A stretch of 53,461 nucleotides of DNA from Candidatus Moraniibacteriota bacterium (GTDB taxonomy: Bacteria; Patescibacteriota; Minisyncoccia; Moranbacterales; UBA9337). The first letter of the stretch is position 1, and every line of letters begins with the position of its first letter. Both the position numbers and the translations under genes were made by a program. Where the stretch lies: assembly GCA_023229615.1 (NCBI GenBank), contig JALNYX010000002.1, positions 8,797-62,257 on the forward strand, given 5' to 3'. Positions 47,920 to 53,461 of this stretch are shown one piece after another. The notes under the pieces were generated by a model, which saw only the letters and a list, made by a program, of their open reading frames with translations, searched no databases and was not told the origin of the DNA.

Positions 47920-50043
47920 TTATTTCCTCTCTTCAATCTGCAAAGCATCTTTGTGTGAAAGATTAATCCTTCCTTTATCGTCAATTTCTTTTACTTTAAC
48001 TGGGATGATATCTCCGACTTTTACCACATCTTCAACTTTTTCCACTCGTTTTTCCGAAAGCTGAGAAATGTGAATCAATCCTTCTTGTCCTGGTAATATT
48101 TCAGCAAAAGCTCCAAAATTCATTATACGAGTGATTCTACCTTGAAATATTTCTCCGCTCTTGACTTCATGAGTAAGATTTTTGATCCATTCTTGAGCTT
48201 TCTTGGATGATTCCTGATCCGGAGAAGTGATGAAAATTGATCCATCATCTTCAATGTCAATTTCAACGCCAGTTTCATCAATAATTTCATTAATAATCTT
48301 TCCTCCGGTTCCGATAACATTTCGGATTTTTTCCGGATTAATTTTCATTATGATTATTCTTGGAGCATATTGAGACATTTCAGTTCGGGGTTCGGAAATA
48401 GTCGAAAGCATTATTTTCAAAATTTCCGCTCGATTAATCTTTGATTGCAATAATACAGCCCTCAAAATTTCCATAGTCACTCCATCAACCTTTACATCCA
48501 TTTGCAAGGCGGTAATTCCTTTTTCAGTTCCGGCCGCTTTGAAATCCATATCTCCATAATGATCTTCTAGTCCTTGAATATCGCTGAGAACCTTGAAATT
48601 TTTGTCATTTTTGCTATCGATAATAATTCCCATCGCAATTCCACTTACCGGCCTCTTGATTGGAACACCAGCATCCATCAAAGACAAAGTTGATCCGCAA
48701 GTTGAAGCCATTGAAGATGACCCGTTTGAAGAAAGAACTTCACTCACTAACAATGTCGTGTAAGGAAATTCTTCTTTGGAAGGAAGCACTGGAATCAAGG
48801 CCTTTTCAGCTAGCGCTCCATGCCCAACCTCTCTTCTACCTGGTCCACGCATTGGACGCACTTCTCCCACGGAAAATGGAGGAAAATTGTAATGATGGAT
48901 ATATCTTTTTTTCATATCCACTTCCATTGTATCAATAATCTGTTCATCGCCGGGAGATCCCAGAGTTGTAACAGTTAAAGCCTGTGTTTCTCCGCGCGTA
49001 AAAAGTCCGGTTCCATGAGTTCTTGGCAAAATTCCCACCTTACAAGTTATCTTTCTCACTTCTTCCAACTTTCTTCCATCTGGTCGATTTTCTTTTTCCA
49101 AAATATTCTTGTGAACAATCTCATCAGAAAGCTCATCAAAAACAATCTCGGAAACATCTTTTAATTTAGCCGCATCCTCAGGATAATTTTGAGCAATAAA
49201 GGCAACCACTTTTTCTTTGATTTCTTTCGTCTTAGCCTCTTTTATTTTTTTATCAGTTCCACCATAAAGTGCCTCTTCAATACCTTCCATCACTAACATT
49301 TCTCTAAGTTTTTCTTCAAATCCTTCCGGACCGACCAAGAGAACCGGCTCAGATTTCTCCTTTCCAGCTTCCTTGCGGATATCTTCAATAAAAGCAACGA
49401 TTTTATTCACAGCTTCCTGCCCAAATTCAAAAGCTTTAATAATTTCCTCTTCAGAAATTTCTTTGGTTCCCGCTTCAATCATATTTATTTTATCCTTGGT
49501 TCCGGAAATAACCAAGTCCAAATCTCCATCAGAAAGCTCTCCATTAACCGGGTTCAAAATCAACTCTCCATTTACTCTTCCAACCTTCACAGCTCCGATC
49601 GGTCCATTCCAAGGAATGTTTGAAAGTGCCAAAGCAGCAGAAGCAGCAATCATTGAAACTGTATCCGGATCATTTTCTCCATCAATCGAAAGAACAGTAA
49701 CAATAACTTGCACTTCATTTCGCATTCGGTGATTAAAAAGAGGACGGATTGTTCGATCCACAACTCTTCCGGTTAAAATTGCTTCGTCTGATGGTCGTCC
49801 TTCGCGCTTGATAAAACGGGATCCCTTGATTTTTCCAGCAGCATAATATCTTTCCTCATAATCAACCATAAGCGGAAAATATCCGGTAATATGAGAAGCT
49901 CCTTTGCTCATTACCGCAGTCGCCAAAACAACCGTATCGCCATAGCGCACAGTCACCGCCCCGCTGGCCTGCTGAGCCAAGAGTCCGGTTTCAATAGTTA
50001 ACTCTCGTCCTCCAATCTGGAGAGACCATTTTTTTTCTTGCAT
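47920..50043 (-). CDS. pnp: Polyribonucleotide nucleotidyltransferase
   Basis: Two RNase PH domains, FTRGETQ, SNGSSSMAS, GDMDFK, KH, S1. Confidence 0.99.
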   Translation of the reverse strand: MQEKKWSLQIGGRELTIETGLLAQQASGAVTVRYGDTVVLATAVMSKGASHITGYFPLMVDYEERYYAAGKIKGSRFIKREGRPSDEAILTGRVVDRTIRPLFNHRMRNEVQVIVTVLSIDGENDPDTVSMIAASAALALSNIPWNGPIGAVKVGRVNGELILNPVNGELSDGDLDLVISGTKDKINMIEAGTKEISEEEIIKAFEFGQEAVNKIVAFIEDIRKEAGKEKSEPVLLVGPEGFEEKLREMLVMEGIEEALYGGTDKKIKEAKTKEIKEKVVAFIAQNYPEDAAKLKDVSEIVFDELSDEIVHKNILEKENRPDGRKLEEVRKITCKVGILPRTHGTGLFTRGETQALTVTTLGSPGDEQIIDTMEVDMKKRYIHHYNFPPFSVGEVRPMRGPGRREVGHGALAEKALIPVLPSKEEFPYTTLLVSEVLSSNGSSSMASTCGSTLSLMDAGVPIKRPVSGIAMGIIIDSKNDKNFKVLSDIQGLEDHYGDMDFKAAGTEKGITALQMDVKVDGVTMEILRAVLLQSKINRAEILKIMLSTISEPRTEMSQYAPRIIIMKINPEKIRNVIGTGGKIINEIIDETGVEIDIEDDGSIFITSPDQESSKKAQEWIKNLTHEVKSGEIFQGRITRIMNFGAFAEILPGQEGLIHISQLSEKRVEKVEDVVKVGDIIPVKVKEIDDKGRINLSHKDALQIEERK

Positions 50044-50239
50044 AAGCAGATTTTATCAACTTTTTGCCGATAGAATCCAAGAAAACACGCTGACAATTTC
50101 AAAACAAAATATTTTCCGCAAATATACGTCCATACGCATTACTCACGATTATGAGATTTTGTAGTATTTTAAAATCATTAGTGTGCCTGCCGGTTATCGT
50201 CAAAAGTTGATATAAAAAAATTATAAATTTACTACTACA

Positions 50240-50268
50240 ATTCTACCAAAAAAACCTCAGAAAGTCAA
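50240..50268 (-). promoter_or_regulatory. pnp promoter
   Basis: TTGACT, 17 nt, TAGAAT with TG-n extension; ~190-nt leader. Confidence 0.7.
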
Positions 50269-50275
50269 CCAAAAC

Positions 50276-50309
50276 ACAAAAACCCCGAGCCGAAGCCTGG
50301 GGTTTTTGT
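50276..50309 (-). terminator. Intrinsic terminator after the RRM gene
   Basis: ACAAAAACCCC...GGGGTTTTTGT. Confidence 0.8.
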
Positions 50310-50328
50310 TATTCAAGTTGGTAATAAA

Positions 50329-50628
50329 TTACCAGTTGTTTCTAGAATTGTCTCTGCTGAAACTCTTCTTTGGACGATCTTCCAAAGGACGAGCCTCATT
50401 AACAGTCAATGTTCTTCCTTCGAAGTCTTTTCCATCGAACATTTCGATAGCTTTTTGAGCATCTTCAGGAGAAGCCATTTCAACAAAACCAAATCCTCTT
50501 GAGCGACCGGACATTTTATCAACAATGATAGTTGCTGACTCAACAGATCCAGCTGCTGCAAAGGCTGCCTTCAAATCATCTTCTGTAGTTGAATATGGCA
50601 AACCTCCGATATATAGTTTCTTTTCCAT
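50329..50628 (-). CDS. Single-RRM RNA-binding protein
   Basis: RNP2 LYIGGL, RNP1 RGFGFVEM; start set at MEKK. Confidence 0.95.
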   Translation of the reverse strand: MEKKLYIGGLPYSTTEDDLKAAFAAAGSVESATIIVDKMSGRSRGFGFVEMASPEDAQKAIEMFDGKDFEGRTLTVNEARPLEDRPKKSFSRDNSRNNW

Positions 50629-50775
50629 TTTATTCTTTGCAAAGTTCCTAAGAACTTTAAATAAAAAAATTAACAAACGTAAGCCGACCTCTTTCTTGGA
50701 AACTGGCTATAACCCGAAGATCGCTTTACATTCGCTAACTTGGGAACCGAAGTTACCTTGAAACCTTACTCTTCC

Positions 50776-50804
50776 ATTGTAGCAAGAATAAAGAAAAAAG
50801 TCAA
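50776..50804 (-). promoter_or_regulatory. Promoter of the RRM gene
   Basis: TTGACT, 17 nt, TACAAT with TG-n extension; ~140-nt leader. Confidence 0.7.
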
Positions 50805-50916
50805 GGCCCACAAGGGGAAAAATATAAAAGCCGCAATTTTTCCAAATTAACGGCCTCTATATCTTTTCACTTATTCCTAAGGGAACATCGTCACTCATTT
50901 TTTATATTTTAAATAA

Positions 50917-51186
50917 TTATTCTTGCTTGGCAAGATTTGCTTTGGAGTTTTCGTCGCGGTGGAAGTAATATGTGCTTATAATTGTTCCTACTGAACACCC
51001 GAAAGCGTAAAGCAAGACCAACTTCCAATTGCTAATATTATCAACAATTGTTTGTAAGACATAATACCAAATTAGCACATTGACCATAGTAATCGCTCCG
51101 CTAGCGAATATTCTGGTTCTAACAACTAATTTTGTCCAAACCGTGATAATAATCATCTCCAAAACACCGACAAAAAATAGTACCAT
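50917..51186 (-). CDS. Small membrane protein (DUF5698/UPF0316-like)
   Basis: Three hydrophobic helices; YAFGCSVGT motif. Confidence 0.7.
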   Translation of the reverse strand: MVLFFVGVLEMIIITVWTKLVVRTRIFASGAITMVNVLIWYYVLQTIVDNISNWKLVLLYAFGCSVGTIISTYYFHRDENSKANLAKQE

Positions 51187-51426
51187 AGTGTTTTGTAATA
51201 ATTATGCAAATTATATTTGTTAATGTTCGACCTTTATTTTAACCCAAATAAAAAAACACTTTCCTTGTAAAAAATGCTTCATTTATAGGCTAAAATCTAT
51301 TCTAGCAAATATTTTGCCTTTCGTCAACCGCCCAAACGCAAGATTGTTTCCTGTCGAGTATATGCATCCGCCAAACAACCTTCAAAAAATGTACCGGCAA
51401 GAAAATTTCAAAAAATCAATAACATC

Positions 51427-51810
51427 CTATTTTTTCAGAAAATCTCTTATTTCTCTCAGCAGTAAGATATCTTCGGTTGTTTTAACTGGCTTTGCCGCTT
51501 CTTTTTTCTTTAACTTATTCAGTTGTTTGCTGATTATAAACACAGCGAAAGCGATTATGACAAAGTCAATCAAGGTATTCATAAACATACCGTAATTAAT
51601 GACAATCGCAGTCGCGCCCTCTGAAGCCTTTTTTAAAGTAATCGACAAATTTGAAAAATCAACACCTCCGAGCAATATTCCAATTGGAGGCATAATAATG
51701 TCCGCCACAAGCGAGCTGACAATTTTCCCAAAAGCAGCTCCAATAATAATACCCACCGCCATATCAATCACATTTCCCTTAATGGCAAACTTCTTAAATT
51801 CTTGCAACAT
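51427..51810 (-). CDS. mscL: Large-conductance mechanosensitive channel
   Basis: [31 protein letters not shown]. Confidence 0.98.
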   Translation of the reverse strand: MLQEFKKFAIKGNVIDMAVGIIIGAAFGKIVSSLVADIIMPPIGILLGGVDFSNLSITLKKASEGATAIVINYGMFMNTLIDFVIIAFAVFIISKQLNKLKKKEAAKPVKTTEDILLLREIRDFLKK

Positions 51811-51899
51811 ATTTTAATTAAATTATTACTTATTTTCCTACATCACCATTTTACCACAAAAATAAAAATCCCTTAAAAAAATAAAGGATTTTTAAAATG

Positions 51900-51973
51900 C
51901 GGGGACGACCGGACTCGAACCGGCGACCTATTGCGTGACAGGCAATCGCTCTAACCAGCTGAGCTACGCCCCC
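51900..51973 (-). tRNA. tRNA-Asp(GTC), CCA not encoded
   Basis: GGGGGCG/CGTCCCC acceptor stem, ATTGC-CTGTCAC-GCAAT, TTCGA, G73. Confidence 0.95.
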
Positions 51974-52094
51974 ATTTTGAAAATTTCAATTACCAATTTC
52001 TAATTTCTAAACAATTCTTAATTTTCCAATGTTTGAATTTTTAAAATTTGAATATTGAAAATCGTGAATTGAAAATTGAAAATTCAACTTTATG

Positions 52095-52169
52095 TACCAG
52101 GGGTGAGATTCGAACTCACGACCTCCGGCTTATGAGTCCGGCGCTACTAACCAACTGAGCTACCCTGGC
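52095..52169 (-). tRNA. tRNA(CAT), probably elongator Met (Ile2 not excluded)
   Basis: GCCAGGG/CCCTGGT acceptor stem, CTCATAA loop, TTCGA; extra T in the 3' D-stem strand. Confidence 0.88.
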
Positions 52170-52834
52170 TTATTCATAGCCTTTATCCATTCTAAGATTT
52201 GATACAAAAAAGTACTACTCTTGGAAATTCTTATGCAAAGCGTACCATAATGATTGGAAAAATTACTATATGTTTTCTTATTTTTCACATTAATTAAGGA
52301 TGGCTTCCTAAACTGACCAACTGAAATCCCTGTGATTTCAGACCAATATTCAATTACCGATTTCAACCTCTTTTTGTGAATTTGATTGATATTTATATAC
52401 ATCAAAAACCTATCTTCTTTAATTTTCAATATCTCTCTAAACCACTCCATCATAAATTTAATAGCTTCCGGATCTGAATTATAGAATCGGACTCCGGATT
52501 TTTTTGAACCTTCTCCCCAATATAATCCAAGTCCTGCAATAAATAAATCCCTATGATTCAATGTAGAAATATCTTTTTTTGCCTTCAGCGAGCATTCTCG
52601 TATTTTTTTTATCTTTTTTTCCTTTTGCATATTCGCCCCTATCATACGCCCTTCATAACTTCCTGTAACCATTTTTTCATGCAACCTCCTTATCTGCTTC
52701 TTGGATAATTTAATATCATCACACCAAACACTTACGGATCCCTTCGATACCTCTAGTTTATCCGCTATTTCCATTAGGCTCAACCCGCTTATTCTCAATT
52801 TTCTAGCTTCGAATTTTTCTCTTGATTTTGCCAT
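52160..52834 (-). CDS. HTH + LAGLIDADG-like protein embedded in the tRNA cluster
   Basis: N-terminal HTH (GLSLMEIADKLEVSKGSVSVW); IAGLGLYWGEGS helix; FYNSDP; GTLCIRI; start set at MAKS. Confidence 0.75.
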   Translation of the reverse strand: MAKSREKFEARKLRISGLSLMEIADKLEVSKGSVSVWCDDIKLSKKQIRRLHEKMVTGSYEGRMIGANMQKEKKIKKIRECSLKAKKDISTLNHRDLFIAGLGLYWGEGSKKSGVRFYNSDPEAIKFMMEWFREILKIKEDRFLMYININQIHKKRLKSVIEYWSEITGISVGQFRKPSLINVKNKKTYSNFSNHYGTLCIRISKSSTFLYQILEWIKAMNKPG

Positions 52835-52910
52835 AAACCCACCATATATATTATACAATTATCATACGGCAAGTTCAAAAATATATCAACTTTTTAAATA
52901 ACTACGATTT

Positions 52911-52985
<75 letters not shown>

Positions 52986-53022
52986 ATATATTTCAAACAC
53001 TATACCCTAGTATAATAAAAAT

Positions 53023-53460
53023 CTAGAGAATGTCAATAAATTTCAGAAAATCTTCATATGCCTTGATAGTTTCCTTCGCAATATCCAAATCAACTTCAAA
53101 ATTTTCCTTATATACAATTCTGTTGCGAATTTGATGCGATTTTCGGAGTTCTTCCAAATTTTCAATCTGTCCAACATTTGCTTTTTCCAATCTTTCTGTC
53201 ATATCATTCCCGGCATATCCAATTTTTTTCAGCATTTCTCCGACCACATTATCCGCCTCCAGAATAGCCGCCTTATACTGTGATTGACTGTTACTTTGTA
53301 GTCTTTCTTTTATTTTTGCCCACTGCAACTGAAACTTATCCTTAGCAAGAGGAGGCAAATCGGCTCCTCGAATCATCTTTCGAAAATCCTTTCCGAGTCC
53401 ATGGAAAAACAAAAGTAAAACAATATCCGTTACTAAAACCAAAACATAAATCGCTACAAC
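53023..53460 (-). CDS. Hypothetical membrane-anchored helical protein (5' end beyond the window)
   Basis: Frame open to the window edge; TM, then W..IK.RL...AILEAD...GYAG..M.ERL...HQIRNRIV. Confidence 0.75.
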   Translation of the reverse strand, partial: VVAIYVLVLVTDIVLLLFFHGLGKDFRKMIRGADLPPLAKDKFQLQWAKIKERLQSNSQSQYKAAILEADNVVGEMLKKIGYAGNDMTERLEKANVGQIENLEELRKSHQIRNRIVYKENFEVDLDIAKETIKAYEDFLKFIDIL

Positions 53461-53461
53461 A

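Overview
Chromosomal segment of a small-genome, AT-rich bacterium. Inferred to be Patescibacteria/CPR (Parcubacteria, Moranbacteria-like) from the surface-protein families, the rarity of Shine-Dalgarno sites, tRNAs without encoded CCA and IleRS type 2. Most genes lie on the - strand. Contents: (1) translation and RNA genes: infA-rpmJ-rpsK-rpsM-rpsD, tgt, ileS, argS, smpB-ssrA-infC-rpmI-rplT, pth, thiI, rsmA, pnp, an RRM protein and three tRNAs; (2) envelope genes: GT2, two GT4s, a flippase-like protein, LCP, an L,D-transpeptidase, a clan GH-A hydrolase, a G5/DPBB protein and large surface proteins; (3) recO, yraN and comM; (4) a superoxide reductase; (5) an AbiEi/AbiEii type IV toxin-antitoxin pair beside an IS3 remnant. 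The most notable signals are: a ~600-nt highly structured transcription unit with no convincing ORF, bounded by a promoter and a terminator upstream of yraN (candidate large ncRNA or attenuating leader); an HTH + LAGLIDADG-like gene inside the tRNA cluster whose stop codon lies within tRNA-Met; a swapped rpsK/rpsM order; pervasive 7-mer/9-mer arrays and mini-palindromes, several in frame in housekeeping genes; long inverted-repeat elements that fold better antisense to their operons; and small ORFs missed by the ORF track. All calls come from manual reading; no searches or folding programs were run.
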